The position numbers and the translations under genes were made by a program. Shown piece by piece: positions 36,852 through 50,508 of a stretch of 64,000 nucleotides of DNA. Position 1 is the first letter of the stretch; the number at the start of each line of letters is the position of its first letter. This DNA is from Octopus sinensis (Eukaryota), in contig NC_043006.1 of NCBI RefSeq assembly GCF_006345805.1, positions 65,720,001 through 65,784,000 of the forward strand, read 5' to 3'. The notes under the pieces are model-generated. The model made no database searches. It saw only the letters and a program-made list of their open reading frames with translations, and was not told where the DNA came from.

Positions 36852-37597
36852 CCTCTCCTAATAGTTTTATTATTGAGTTTTTGAGAACTTGGAGATTCTC
36901 TTGCATTAGCTTGAATAGAATTACATCTTATTGTTCGGATGTTTTATTGATTCACCCAGCATATATAGATACAGATATACATTTTGTCAGTGTACAACAG
37001 TCTCAATTTCAGCCGAGCTTTCTTTCAATCAATAGTAAAGAAGAAAAGAAGAAATATTTCACTTTCTCCCTGTGTAATGATGCAACCATTTTTATCATTC
37101 CCTACACACAATCACACACTCAAACACATACATGCATTGCTCATCATGTCAGCCCATGATTGTGGCCTATAAATAATTTGTAAAACATTGTTATTTCATA
37201 CAACAAAGTTTGGTTCTGTACTGACCCAGACCATATCTGACATCACCAACTAATGTTATCACATAAAAAAAAAAGAAAAAGCAGTTTCTCTTTTAGTTTC
37301 TAGAGTTGCTAAATTTAGATCTAGAACATTAATTTTATCTTTCTTTGTGTATGCCTGTATATTATTACTTATTTCTTTATTGCCCACAAGGGGCTAAACA
37401 TAGAGGGGACAAACAAGGACAGACAAACGGATTAAATCGATAAATTGACCCCAGTGCATAACTGGCACTTAATTTATTGACCCTGAAAGGATGAAAGGCA
37501 AAGTTGACCTCAGTGGAATTTGAACCCAGAACGTAAAGACAGACGAAATACTGCTAAGCATTTCACCTGGAGTGCTAAGTATATTATTACTGTTACT

Positions 37598-38100
37598 GAG
37601 TGAGAGGGCAGTGCACACCATGAAAGTGACCACAAAGCTCAATATACTCATCATGACTACCCATCTAATAAGGGTACACTAGGCACATGCATCACAACTA
37701 TATGTGTGTGACATGGTGACCTCATATCGAGATAGACAGCACATGACCCTGCAGGTGATGCCTAGTTAGAATTTTCTTCAGATTGAGTAGCCCATCCCAC
37801 TCAAAAGGTCCTTGAATAAGGGTTGTTTAGGGATGATGAACAAAGCACCTATGTTTCCAGGGGTGATTTATTTAAACCCCAAAGAATCCCCAACAATACA
37901 TGGCTGTGATGCTCCCCCAATACTCCTGCTTGTCATCAAAGATGCACGTATTGTCAACCAGTAAGGGACATGCTCAACTGGTTATGGTCAAGCAAATCAG
38001 TGGTATTGAACAGAATATTTGCTGTAGCCCATCTTTTATACCCAGACAACACTTAAGATCAAAAGCCATGAGAGCTACTGCCTAGCATTGCATCAGGGAT
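37598..38100. mobile_element. ~500-550 bp (TTA)n-flanked element, copy 1 (family F)
   Basis: Highly similar to 39872-40420; (TTA)-type tracts on both sides. Confidence 0.9.
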
Positions 38101-38883
38101 ATTTATTATTATTATTATAAGGTGTCAAGCTGGCAAGATAGTTATCACGTCAGGCAAAATGCTTATAGCATTTTGTCATCCTGAGTTCAAATTCTGCCAA
38201 GGTTGAGTTCATCTTCCATCGTTTTGGGCTCAATAAAATAAGTACCAGTTGAATACTGGGGTTGATGAAATCGACTAGCACCATCCACTGAACTTGCTGA
38301 CCTTGTGCCAAAATTTGAAACCATTATTATTATTGTTGTTGTTTTACTACTCAGAGTGCTCAGTCTTGTTTGCTCTGGTTGATTCTGTGAGAGCCAACAG
38401 CAGCCTGATATCAGAGGTCTCACAGGGTCTCTTTCGGCACATTATAACCTTTGATACTCGATTACTAATCCAAGTATCAGTCTCAAAAATCCTAGCTGTC
38501 CCCAACTATTATTATTGTTATTATTATTACTATTATTGTGAAGGCGCATGGCTCAGTGGTTAGAGCATCGAGCTTACGATCATGAGGTTGTGAGTTCAAA
38601 TCCCGGACCAGGCTGCGTGTTGTGTTCTTGAGCAAGACACTTTATTTCATGTTGCTCCAGTTCACTCGTCTGTAGAAATGAGTTGCGACGTCACAGGTGC
38701 CAAGCTGTATTGGCCTTTGCCTTTCCCTTGGAAAACACTGGTGGCATGGAGAGGGGAGGCTGGTATGCATGGGCGACTGCTGGTCTTCCATAAACAATGT
38801 TGCCCGGACTTGTGCCTGGGAGGGTAAATTTCTAGGTGCAATCCCACAGTCAGTCATGACTAAAGGGGGTTTCTCAGCATTAC

Positions 38884-38937
<54 letters not shown>

Positions 38938-39433
38938 GAAGGCAGTAAGCTGGCAGTCGTTAGGACACTGGATGAAATGCTTAGCGGTATTTGGTCCGCT
39001 GCTATGTTCTGAGTTCAAACTCCACCGAGGTCGACTTTGCCTTTCATCCTTTCGTGGTTGATAAATTAAGCACCAGTGAAGCACTGGGGTCGATGTAATC
39101 AACTAGTCCCCTCCCCCAATATTCCAGGCCTTGTACCTTTAGTAGAAAGGATCGTTGTTATTATTATGTGATGAGCTGGATAAAATGCTTAGTGGCATTT
39201 TGTCCATCTTTACATTCTGCGTTCAAAAGGTTGACTCTGCTATGCCTCACCTCTAAAATTTCTGGCCTTGTGCCTATAAAAGAAAAAACTACTGCTGCTG
39301 CTGCCACTACTACTACTACCACAACCACTGACATCACCATCATCATCATCATGTCTTTTGGTATTAATAATTAAATTTTTGTTTATTTTCTTCGTAATAA
39401 TATTAATTCTCGTTATTTTCTTTGTTGTTTCAG

Positions 39434-39525
39434 GGGTTTGATTTAAAAGAACAGAGATATGTTGCCTGTAAAATTCATCAGCTTAACAAAGACTGGAAAG
39501 ATGATAAAAAAGCCAATTATATCAA
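39434..39525 (+). CDS. Tlk: TLK exon 7, catalytic Lys ([31 protein letters not shown])
   Basis: tttcAG / GTAAGT, 92 nt, phase 0-2. Confidence 0.98.
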
Positions 39526-39829
39526 GTAAGTGTATCAGCCACTTCTAATAGAGTCACATGGTAAACATAAGTACAATGAGCAGTACATCTCTCCACCTTG
39601 CAAAATGTTGCAAATGTGTAAAGTAAATAGAGCCTCTCGTAGCTGTACAACATGATACAGATAGATATAGTAAACAATACCTTCCTGATGAAGCTTTGGT
39701 TGCTATTTCTAGTAGTTGTGCAAGTATATAGAAGTACCAGCTAGGTACTGAGATCAATTCATTCAACTTTAGCCCTCCACATATTTGTAGCCATGTGTCA
39801 TATTAAACATCATAATAATAATAATAATA

Positions 39830-39871
<42 letters not shown>

Positions 39872-40420
39872 GAGTGAGAGATCAGTGCATGCCATCAAAG
39901 TGACACTGGAGTAAAATATTCGAAGCTCAGTATATCCATCATGACTACCCGTCTGATAAGGGTACACTAGGCGCATGCATCACAACCATATGTGCACGAC
40001 ATGGTGACCTCATATCAAGATAAACAGCACATAACCTTGCAGGTGGGGCCCAGTTAGAATTTTATTCTGGTCGAGTAACCCATCCCGCTCAAAAGGTCCC
40101 TGAATAAGGGTTGTTTAAGGATGTTGAACAAAACACCCAAGTTTTCAGAGGTGAATTATTCAAACCCCAAAGAATCCCTCTCAACATATAGCTATGATGC
40201 TCCCTCATTACTTCTGCTCGTGATCAGAGATGCACATATCGTCAGCCACTAAGGGACATGCTCAACTGGTTACGGTCAAACAACTGACAAGCAAATCTGT
40301 GGTAATGAGCAAAATATTTGCAGTAACCTATCTTTTATACCAAGACAAAACAATGTAAATGATAACATTTCCAATCAGTTAAGATCAAGAGCCACTGCCT
40401 GTTACTGCATCAGGGCATTT
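39872..40420. mobile_element. Family F copy 2 (direct orientation to copy 1)
   Basis: gagtgagag.cagtgcatgccatcaaagtgacac...gcatcagggcattt, flanked by (TTA)n. Confidence 0.9.
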
Positions 40421-43378
40421 ATTATTATTGTTATTGTTATTTACATTTAGAGGGTGCATGGCTTAATGGTTAGGGTTATGACCTCACAATTTCAGGATCA
40501 TAGTTTCAGTTCCTAGATCAGGTGGTATGTTTTGTTCTTGAGCAAAACACTTAATCTCACATTGCTTTGCGATCACTTTGACACCTGACACATGGTACAC
40601 AGTGCACCTGTTCAAACAATGTAAATTTGATGGACAGAGTGAGCTAACGTGTGGCACATGCATTTGGTTACTTTAAACAAAGCATTTGTGCAGGTCATTC
40701 GGCAAAACGCTGAACGCTCTTGCACCATCTTTGATGGGAAAGTCCATCGGTATTTACATTATTGTTGCTTTGTTTTGTACCAGTTGTTTCAAGTCTCATC
40801 TAGAGACCTCAAGTGACAGCAAATCAGACATTTTACTGTAGATGTTATTTATGATTAGCAATGATATGTTGTACAGGAAGGAGACGAGAATGTGAAAATT
40901 AAGATTCTGTTAAATTTGTAATATTTCAGTTTTGAAAGACTTTGATTAGAATTATTTTTTTTCAAGTTGACAATGTTTTTCTTAAGATGTGGGCAGTATC
41001 CATAAGAACAATATCTTTGTTGTTCTGATACCTTGGGGTTTCCTGATATTCAGCCATAGCAACTTTTGGTATTGTCCCAAAAGCTGCGATAATCACAGGT
41101 ACAGTTGTTGTCATTAGATGCCACAATTTCTTAGACCCCTTTCTCAAGGGCCTTATATTTACTTATCAAATGTTTTTTACAGAAGAGTTGCAGTCTGCTG
41201 GGATTGACATATCTATAAACAGACATGTTTTATTGTGATTTTTTACTATTCATTATTATTAAGGTGACACAGTAGTTTGTCTGTTGTTGTGTTCTGAGTT
41301 CAAATTCTGCCGAGGTGAACTTTGCTTTCATTCATTCAGGGTTGATTAAATAAGTACCAGTTACACACTAGGGTCAGTGTAATTGACTTAATCCCTTCCC
41401 CAAAATTTGAGGCTTTGTGCTTTGTAACTGACAAGCCCCCTCCACCAGAATTTCAGGTCTTAAGTTATAGCAGGAAGCACTTACTCAAGGTGCTGTGCAG
41501 TGCATGCAAAACCAAAACCACATGGTTCAGAAGTGGGCTTCTTTACCATTTACCCATGCCTGTACTTATATACATAGGAGGTACTCCGTCGGTTACGATG
41601 ACAAGAGTTCCAGCTGATCCAATCAACAGAATGACCTGCTTGTGAAATTTACATGCAAGTGGCCGAACACTCTACAGTCACCTGTACCTTTAACATACTT
41701 CTCAGGGAGATTCAGTGTAACAAAGTGTGACAAGGTTGGCCCTTTGAAATACAAGTACTACTCACTTTTGCCAGCTGAGTGGACTAGAGCAAGAATTCCA
41801 CAATATTAGTTGAGGTAATGATCAATTAAGTAAACAGAAGATGGAATTGGTATAATTCTTTATTTTGTACAATGATCTTTTTAATCCGTCCTGCCACTGT
41901 CCTTTATAGGTTGGATGCTCTGTGTGTGTGTGTGTATATATATACACACCAAAGTAAGCATGTAAATGTGAAACAAAATGGGGAAAAAACAGTCCTCAAA
42001 TACCAGAGGTAGAGTAATATGCTTTATTGTCCGACGAATGGGAATGTGAAACTCCGAGTAGCAGTTTTTTGTTATGTTTTTGCAGCTTTAATTATAATAA
42101 AGTATACATATATATATGCACACACACACACACACACACACCACACACACTGTACAAACTCACCCACCCATACACACAAACACATACATACATAAAAATC
42201 TTTATACTTATCACTCTCCTTTTACTGAACGCTGGGTCTTTGTAATGACTTCACAATAAGAATCCTCCTTCTACATTTCATTATTTAGAATCTTTAGAGC
42301 TTAAAAGTTATATGGCTCTGTTTTGTTAATTTCTTCATTTGATACTGGAAAATAAAGACTTAATTACCATTAAACAATGTTAATTAACTCTATCAAGTGA
42401 TGCTTATGACATAGTACAGCAAATCCCCAGATTATTTCATTGCCGAATTCTTGTATAATTTTTGAAAAAGTTGCAGGTCCAAACCTATATTTTTTCTAAC
42501 ACTATTATTTTCATAGGACATTAAATGAACCAAAAACTATTTTAGGGAGAGAATTTATTCATATTAAAAAATAAACATACAATAACATATAGAAACTAGT
42601 GAAGAACATTTGTTTTTACCAGATAATTTTTTTACAAAGTAGAAGACACCTTATCTTGCAGAAATCTAGAATTTTCTTTACAGAGTTCAGTATGAAAATC
42701 TCTCTATATATTTAGTTTATATTATTATTGAAAATTTGTAAAGTGGCAGACTGACAGAATCATCAGTGTGCCAGACGAAATGCTTAGCAATATTTCAGTA
42801 TTTTATTTGTCTTCATGTTCTAAGTTCAAATTCTGCCGAGGTCAACTTTGCCTTTCATCCTTTTGGTGTTGATGGCATGAATTAGCTGTGCAGCACTGGG
42901 GCTGATATAATCAACTATCCCTGCCTCCCAAAAAAACTTCAGGCCTTATGCCTATAGTAGAGAGGATTATTATTGACAGTTTGTCAAATTAGACTTTTCA
43001 CACAAAAGGAGGGAGAGAGAGAGAGAGGGAGTGTATATACATATATGTATGTATGTATGATCAGAGAAACAAAAGAGAAGAGGTCTTCTACATGGTAAGC
43101 AAGAGTCCCACCGAGTCCTGATTTTGCTATTATCTGCCGCCACTGTAACCGTGGATTTTATGCCTGATAAACCATCTCAAGACCCGCAAAGAGAAAAGTT
43201 GCTAATCTGGTCATTTTCAAAATAAATGACGGCTGAACATTTACTCACACACACACACACATTGTGTGTGTGTACATAGGTTGTAAAATTGAGTACGCAT
43301 TTTAAGGGAGATAACTCAACATGCAGTCGTTTACTTGACTTCCTTTCTGATCTAATCGTTTCTTTTATTCCATTTCAG

Positions 43379-43468
43379 ACATGCTTTAAGAGAATATAAT
43401 ATACACAAAAGCCTTGACCACCCGCGGATAGTACGGCTATATGATGTGTTTGAAATTGATACAAATTC
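43379..43468 (+). CDS. Tlk: TLK exon 8, alphaC helix ([30 protein letters not shown])
   Basis: tttcAG / GTGAGT, 90 nt, phase 2-2. Confidence 0.98.
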
Positions 43469-44367
43469 GTGAGTGGCTATTAAATCATTCAAACTTTATA
43501 TTTTATATTTTTTTTAGACTCCATAATTTGTTGTTATTACAGTTTTTAGTTCCAAGCCTCACAGCTCTAAATTCCTCTTCCAGACATGAATTGTTTTGTT
43601 CTTTTTGATAACTTCATTTCTTTTAGGGGTAATTCATCAATTCCTAAATTGTTTGAACATAATATTTCCATATTCAAAATATGTGCAGAAGACAAGCACC
43701 AGTCACACATATTCTTAATGGTATGTGTAACGACAGTCACAGAAATTATTATCATTCTTACCATTTATAGCAGGATTGTTAGTACACTGGACAGAATGCT
43801 TAGCGGCATTCTGTCCATCTTTACATTCTGAGTTCAAATGCTACCGAGGTCGACTTTGCTTTTCATTCTTTCCGAATCAACAAAGATAATAACGGTTGAA
43901 TACGGTTGGGGGGGGGGGGGGTGATGTGACCAACTTACCCCCATCCCCCACCCAAAAATTGTGGGAAAATTTGAAGCCATTATTATCTAAAGCAGTAAGG
44001 TGGCAAGCTGGCAGAATTGTTAGCACACCAGGCGAAATGCTTAGTGGTATTTTGTCTGTCTTTATGTTCTGGGTTCAAATTCCATTGAGTTGACTTCACT
44101 GTTCATCCCTTCAGAGTCAATAGATTAAGTACCAGTGAAATATTGGGGTTGATGTAATCAACTGTTCCCCTCCCCACGAAATTTCAGGCCTTGTGCCTTT
44201 AGTAGGAAGGATTGTTATTTAAACCAGAATCGTTAGCATGCCAGACAAAATATTCTGAGTTCAAATTTGCCTTTCATCCTTTTGGGTTTGATGAGATAAA
44301 TACCACTTGAGTGGTGGAATAAACACCCTGCCTCCCAAATTTTCAGGCCCTGTGTCTATAGAAAGAA

Positions 44368-44412
<45 letters not shown>

Positions 44413-44454
44413 CTGAACTGATTTCATATTTGTTGTTTTTTTTGTTACTTTCAG

Positions 44455-44624
44455 CTTCTGTACTGTGTTAGAATACTGTGATGGCAACGACTTGGATTTC
44501 TACCTCAAGCAGAACAAGTGCATTCCTGAAAAGGAGGCACGCTCCATTATCTGTCAGACTGTCAGTGCTCTCAAATACCTAAATGAAATTAAGCCACCTG
44601 TGATACATTATGACCTTAAACCTG
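44455..44624 (+). CDS. Tlk: TLK exon 9, catalytic loop ([19 protein letters not shown]...VIHYDLKPG)
   Basis: tttcAG / GTAAGT, 170 nt, phase 2-1. HYDLKPGN motif typical of TLK. Confidence 0.98.
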
Positions 44625-44770
44625 GTAAGTAACCATTCCTTAGGTTAGTCACCCATAAGTGTGTCGAAGGAGGATCATTAGACAGCAGCAGAAATATATT
44701 TGTTTTTATATTTTATTTTATTTTGGTTTGGCAATCAGTGAAAACCATTTTTTTTCTTCTATTCTTCCAG

Positions 44771-44906
44771 GTAACATCCTGCTAGGGAGTGGGTCAGTGA
44801 GTGGAGAGATTAAAATTACAGACTTTGGTCTAAGCAAGATCATGGATGATGAAAATTATTCTGATGCAGGCATGGACCTAACGTCTCAAGGTGCTGGTAC
44901 TTACTG
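44771..44906 (+). CDS. Tlk: TLK exon 10, DFG/activation loop ([45 protein letters not shown])
   Basis: ttccAG / GTATGT, 136 nt, phase 1-2. Preceded by a 146-nt intron. Confidence 0.98.
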
Positions 44907-46370
44907 GTATGTATGATAATATTTACTCAGGTTTACATCTGAATGGTTTTTGTGTGTCTCTCTGTACGTAAACTTGACAGGATTACACATAAATCTGCTG
45001 TGTACCATTATCTGAGTGAAACGGTTCGTATTCTTTGTCTACCTCGTTTCTGAATCAACAGGTAAACCTGTGTCTGAATGTGTTTGAAGATGTTGTCTTG
45101 GCACTATTGTTAGTGCGTCAAACAAAATGCTTTTCAGTGTTTTTTTATGGATTTCAAATCGTGCTGAAACCTAAATTGCCTTTCATTTTTTTGGGGTTGA
45201 TAAACTAAAGTACAAGTCGTGATTGTCCTCCTCCCACTAATAATTTCTGATTAAAGTACTTGGCAGTTGAAGTACAGAAACTCTACAAGGTCAAGGTGTT
45301 TTGGGATTGGAGTCAAAAAGCCTGCAGGGTCAAGATATTTAGAAGACTGACCATACTCACTTACCAGTCAAGGCACATAACTGTATCTCAAAAAATAAAA
45401 TCCACTTTCTTTGGAATTGAATGAGTAGCAAACTACAGCGTATGTTCAAACCCTGGTATAATCATTCTGTTGTGTTCTTGGGCAAAGAAAAAATTTACTC
45501 TGTTTACTTCATTTTGCCTAACAGATAAAAGAAAGAAAAGGAAGCACCTCAGTCAGCAACTGTCAGATCATTTTACATTTTCTGCCATAGAAATAATAGT
45601 TATAAATTAATACATCTATCCTCGTGTATCATGAGAGTTTGGTTCCAAAAAACCCAGTGATAAATGAGCCACTGATAAAAGAATCATTTCCATGTAAATG
45701 GAACAAATGTTAGACTCATTGACACCAAACTCACAGCCCACTGCCTCCAAACTTCCACAGTTATGTATTTTCTTGATCATCTCTACTGTTTCCTGTAGAG
45801 AATACACTTATCCACATCATTTTTTTTTAGGATCAGGTGTTTCCATATTTTTTCTGCTCTCTAGTCCCATGTTGATGGATATGAGTAGGGAATTGAATAA
45901 AATACATGCAACCTTGTAGCACAGTCATATAAACACAAGTGATAGTGCATTCTGGGTGGTGTCTGGAGCACGTTTTTGTGGTGCAGGCAGAGTCTTTGAC
46001 TGATCACTGACCCATGTTATCAGAGATCAATGTGTGTTAGGCAATTGAGCTTACCCTTACTGTGTTATCTCAAATCTGTGATGAATGACTCAGCGATAAA
46101 CAAGGGTAGACATTCTTGAAAAACAAAGAGAGAGAGGGGAGAAAAGAGGTCTTGGCAGGTGGGGTTAGAGGAAGTGCATAGCTATAATTTTAGGGACATT
46201 ATGTCATATGGGACAGAAGTGGCTGAAAGAGAATGAAGAATGATATGAGTAAGTATATCACGAGTAGTTAGGTAGGAGTGTTATATGTTTTATTTGTTCC
46301 CGGAAACAAGGTTTGTTGTAACTGGAGTTGAAATGGCAGAGGAGAAGTACTATAAGTTAGTGGTATAGAA

Positions 46371-46686
46371 CAGTGGTTCCTGAAGTGGGCAGTGTTGCAC
46401 TCCACCCCCCTGGGGAGAATTAGAAAGTTCCAAGGGGGCATTGAAGAAAAGTGGAGTGATAATAGGGTAGCAATTCATGTAGAAAATGGGGTGATAATGG
46501 GGTAGCGATTCATGTAAAAACAACAAAATAATGGGTTCACTAGGTTAAGTTTTATTTGTGAAATACAGTTGCTTTGAATTTGCTTCAGAAAGATATCTGT
46601 TTGTGATGGTTAGTTGAGGGTGGGGTGTTAGGAATTTGGCCTGGGTGTCAAAGAGGTGGCAGCCTAAAAAAGTTTGGTATCCACTG
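46371..46686. mobile_element. hAT (Charlie/Buster-like) MITE
   Basis: CAGTGGTTCC...GGTATCCACTG; 8-bp TSD GTATAGAA/GTGTAGAA. Confidence 0.8.
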
Positions 46687-47696
46687 GTGTAGAATATTAC
46701 TAGTTGGAGTCTACAGAGGATAGTGATGACTGTGCACCTTCCCTGGTATGGAGGAGCATGCCAGATACCAAAGGTACTATCTCTAACTGGTACTATTTGT
46801 ACCCTTTAAATCCCTGCTGCTTTATTTACTAACCCTGGAAGAATAAATGGCATGGTTGATTTCCGCAGAATTTGAACTCAGGACCTAGTGGGTCAGTCTA
46901 TATGTATACAGTAACTCCTCAACTATCGCAGCTTTTACATTCTAAAACCGTCCACAGCAATAATTAAAATCTAAAATGTAAATATCTATTGGTCAAAGAA
47001 GTCTGCAATATAAATTTACATATGTTTGCCAGAAAAATCCACGATGTACAGTGTGCAATAGGTGAACTGCAATATGGCAAGGGATTATAGTATTATCACA
47101 AAGCATTTCATCTGATACTCTAACACCTGTGCCAATTTGCCTTTGATTATGCTCTGTGTGTGTGATTTTTATTGATGTGTGTGTATGTGCTCAAGTGAAC
47201 TTGACTGTATTTCTTCTTGACAAATTTTTAAACATCCATTTAAAAATGTTTTGTGGTTGTCAAAAACTCCTTCAAAAATATTTCTTCTTGGATGGGTGCA
47301 ATGCCTGGTCTGTTATTACGAGTCTACTATGCCATGAACAGTAACACTGCCCACAAATGTCTGCTTTTACAGCCTCTGAATACCTCACATAACAACATAC
47401 ATACTCTCTCTCACCCCCACCGATACCTAACCATATAAAGACCAGATCACTCAAGCGCAAAATGTGGACTTTCTGAAGGACACACCTATGGAAAAATTAC
47501 CTTAAATTTTTTTTGTAGTGTGGTCCATCTGATGATGAACCATGTCTTATGTTGTTCACTTCTTGAAAAAGGCTGCCTCTGCCTGGCTTAAAAAATTACT
47601 CTAACAAAGCTATGAAACATCATCAAATATTGTAAAGCCACCAACTGTATTTTGACTTCACTGTTCTAATCCTAATTTTGTTTTTCTCTTTGTCAG

Positions 47697-47808
47697 GTAT
47701 TTGCCACCAGAATGTTTTGTGGTTGGCAAGACTCCTCCGAAAATTTCTTCCCGAGTGGATGTTTGGTCTGTTGGTGTGATATTTTACCAGTGCCTATATG
47801 GTAAAAAG
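47697..47808 (+). CDS. Tlk: TLK exon 11 ([37 protein letters not shown])
   Basis: tgtcAG / GTACAG, 112 nt, phase 2-0. Confidence 0.98.
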
Positions 47809-48719
47809 GTACAGTAGTCATCTTTTTCTCCTTTCTTTTCTTGCTTTTGATTCCATTGTCGTCATCGTTATCAGCATCACCATCATTTAATGTCTTTGTT
47901 CTGTGATGACATGCGGTGATGGTTTGGCAGGATCCGATGGGCCCAAGGACTACATCGTGCCCCAGTGTCAGCTTTGGCATGGCTTCTATGGCTGGATGCC
48001 CTTCCTAATGCCGCCAGCATAAGTGTGGTTGCTATGCAAATCCCAAATCTTTAAATCATGAGTGGAGAGGGTGGGGAGACTTTATGCTAGGAGAATGCGG
48101 AGTGGTGGGGTGGGGTGGGGGTAAAGTAGGAGAGAGAGGGGCTGGAGAAGAACAGGTTTCTTGCTGGAAGAGCTACATGACTATTCACATTGGGTACTAA
48201 TGACTTGTAGGGATGTGGTATTCCCTGATGCAACCATAATATACTATAGGATATATTAAACATGTTAAGGCGCATGGCTCAGTGGTTAGAGCGTCAGGCT
48301 TACGATTGTGAGGTTGTGAGTTCGATTCCCGGACCGGGCTGTGTGTTGTGTTCTTGAGCAAGACACTTTATTTCACATTGCTCTTGTTCATTCATCTGGG
48401 TCACTCAGAATTTGTTAAGGCAGCTTTTTCTACAGCCAGATGCCCTTCCTGTTACCAGCCCTCACCTGCTTCTAAGCAAGGTAACATTTTCTCTGTAGTC
48501 CAATTGTATGACAGTGACATTCTGAGTTCATTCTAAGTTCAAATTCTTCTAAAGTCAATAAAATAAGTACCAGTGGAGTACTGGGGTTCATGTAATCAAC
48601 TGTCCTCCTCCCACATATTTCAGGCCTTGCACCAAAATACGAAGGATTATTATTATTGTTGTTATTGTTGTTGTTATTACTATTATTATTATTATTATAT
48701 TTCTATTGTGTCTTTCCAG

Positions 48720-48827
48720 CCTTTTGGGCACAATCTGTCTCAAGCTGCCATTCTGGAAGAAAACACGATATTGAAAGCTACAGATGTAGAATTTCCTTCA
48801 AGACCGCCAGTTAGTAGTGAAGCAAAG
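48720..48827 (+). CDS. Tlk: TLK exon 12 ([36 protein letters not shown])
   Basis: ttccAG / GTATGG, 108 nt, phase 0-0. Confidence 0.97.
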
Positions 48828-50407
48828 GTATGGACCACCTCAACAACCAGATGTCGATTTCATTTTGTTGTTGTTTTTTATTTATAATTACTTTTTCTTT
48901 CCTTCTTCTTATCCAAACTTCCATCTTCACAATCTGTATTCCATGACCTGTACTGGCCGATACAGGTCAAAGATCATCTGGTACCCAGCAGCAAAGAAAT
49001 AATAAATCTGTAAATTTTATTTGTATTTTATTACCTGTGGCACCCCTGCGGTGTGTTTTGCATTACATAGGTAATGTATATGTATTATACATGTAACAGT
49101 GAGAGCACATGGTTTAGTGGTTAGTATGTTGCATTCGTGATCATGAGATCAATTTCTGGACTCAGTGGTGTCTTGTGTTATTGAGTAAAACACTTCATTT
49201 CATGTTGCTCTACAATCACTTAAGCATCTGACATATGACACACTGTATACCTGTACAGGTAATGTCAAACTGATGATGGGAGTGCAGCAGAAATATTTGA
49301 TCACTATAAACAAAAGCCATGCTAAAACTGACCTCACCTGTGCTGAGTGGTTGGTGTTAAGAAGGGCATCCTGCTGTAAAAACTATGCCAAAACAGGCAC
49401 AAAAGCCTGGTGCAGTCTTCTGCCTGGCCAGTTCCTGTCAACTTGTCCATCTCATACCAGCATGGAAAGCAGACATTAAATGATATTGATGATGAGACAA
49501 ATCATTCATCCAGAAGCAATACTACTTGGCATTTTGTCTGATGCTCCAACAATTCTGACAGCTATGCAATAAGGTTGTATAAACATAACAGATGTTTGCA
49601 ACTGTCTTACAAGAATGTATCATGTAAGTTTTAATTAATTTACAGATGCAGTGATGGCTAAAAATCTATGGATATATCCAATACCAAAGTTTAGTATGAA
49701 AAATAAACACTAATGGCACATCACCTATTTTCTGTAATAAAGTCTGGTAGACTCACTATATTGTATGTGACAACACATGACTTTTAAGACAGATTGTTCA
49801 ACAAACTTCATGCAGTCTGTTAAGCCAACATCATTCAAATCCTTCAGGTCTGAGTCTGAACTTTTGTACAAGACACTAGCTTGCAATGGCCTGGAAACTT
49901 AAAAGCTTATGATATGTAAATATTTGAACCACAGTATCATGTTAGAGAAGAGAGGGCACACATCCTTTAATTATAGGGAAGTCACACTATCATAAGCCTT
50001 TATATACATACACTCACAAATCTGTAGGAAGGCTTTTGACTAAGCAGAAAACTTTTAAACTAATTTCATGTACGAAAAACATTCACTATCAGCAATTATC
50101 AGTTAATTAATTCTGAAACATCACAGACATGAGTAAAAACATATTTTAGTGAGGAAGACATTAAAAATCTTCAGTAAAATCAGATGTGTGAGGAAAGTAA
50201 AACATTAATCATCATTATCTTGATAATGGAGACAACTCAGGGCATGTTTCATTTTTATTAGAACTCTTCAGTATAAAATTATCTTCTACAAAGTGTACAT
50301 AGTATTTGTTAACACAACAGTAGGCAACCTTATATAACAACTATGACACACACACATAACAGAATGTAGGTTTTCTCTAATTTTCGGTGTTGTTTTCTTC
50401 TTTACAG

Positions 50408-50508
50408 TCGTTTATAAGGAAATGCTTACAATACAGAAAAGAAGACAGACCTGATGTGTTAACACTTTCCTTCGACGACTATCTCAAACCCACAGCTTTA
50501 AAGTCAAA
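50408..50508 (+). CDS. Tlk: TLK exon 13, end of kinase domain (SFIRKCLQYRKEDRPDVLTLSFDDYLKPTALKSK)
   Basis: ttacAG / GTGAGT, 101 nt, phase 0-2. Resembles TLK AFIRRCLAYRKEDR. Confidence 0.96.

Noticed and set aside
38540-38615. tRNA-Arg(ACG) gene (also heads at 2178, 22677, 48268, 54057, 63640-63710)
   Set aside because: No complete acceptor stem, and each continues into a shared SINE body, so these are SINE heads.
39685-39720. CTGATGAAG motif
   Set aside because: No stem II/GAAA or stem I pairing found.
44600-44624. HYD instead of HRD in the catalytic loop (pseudokinase?)
   Set aside because: HYDLKPGN is normal for TLKs, and the catalytic Lys, Asp and DFG are intact.
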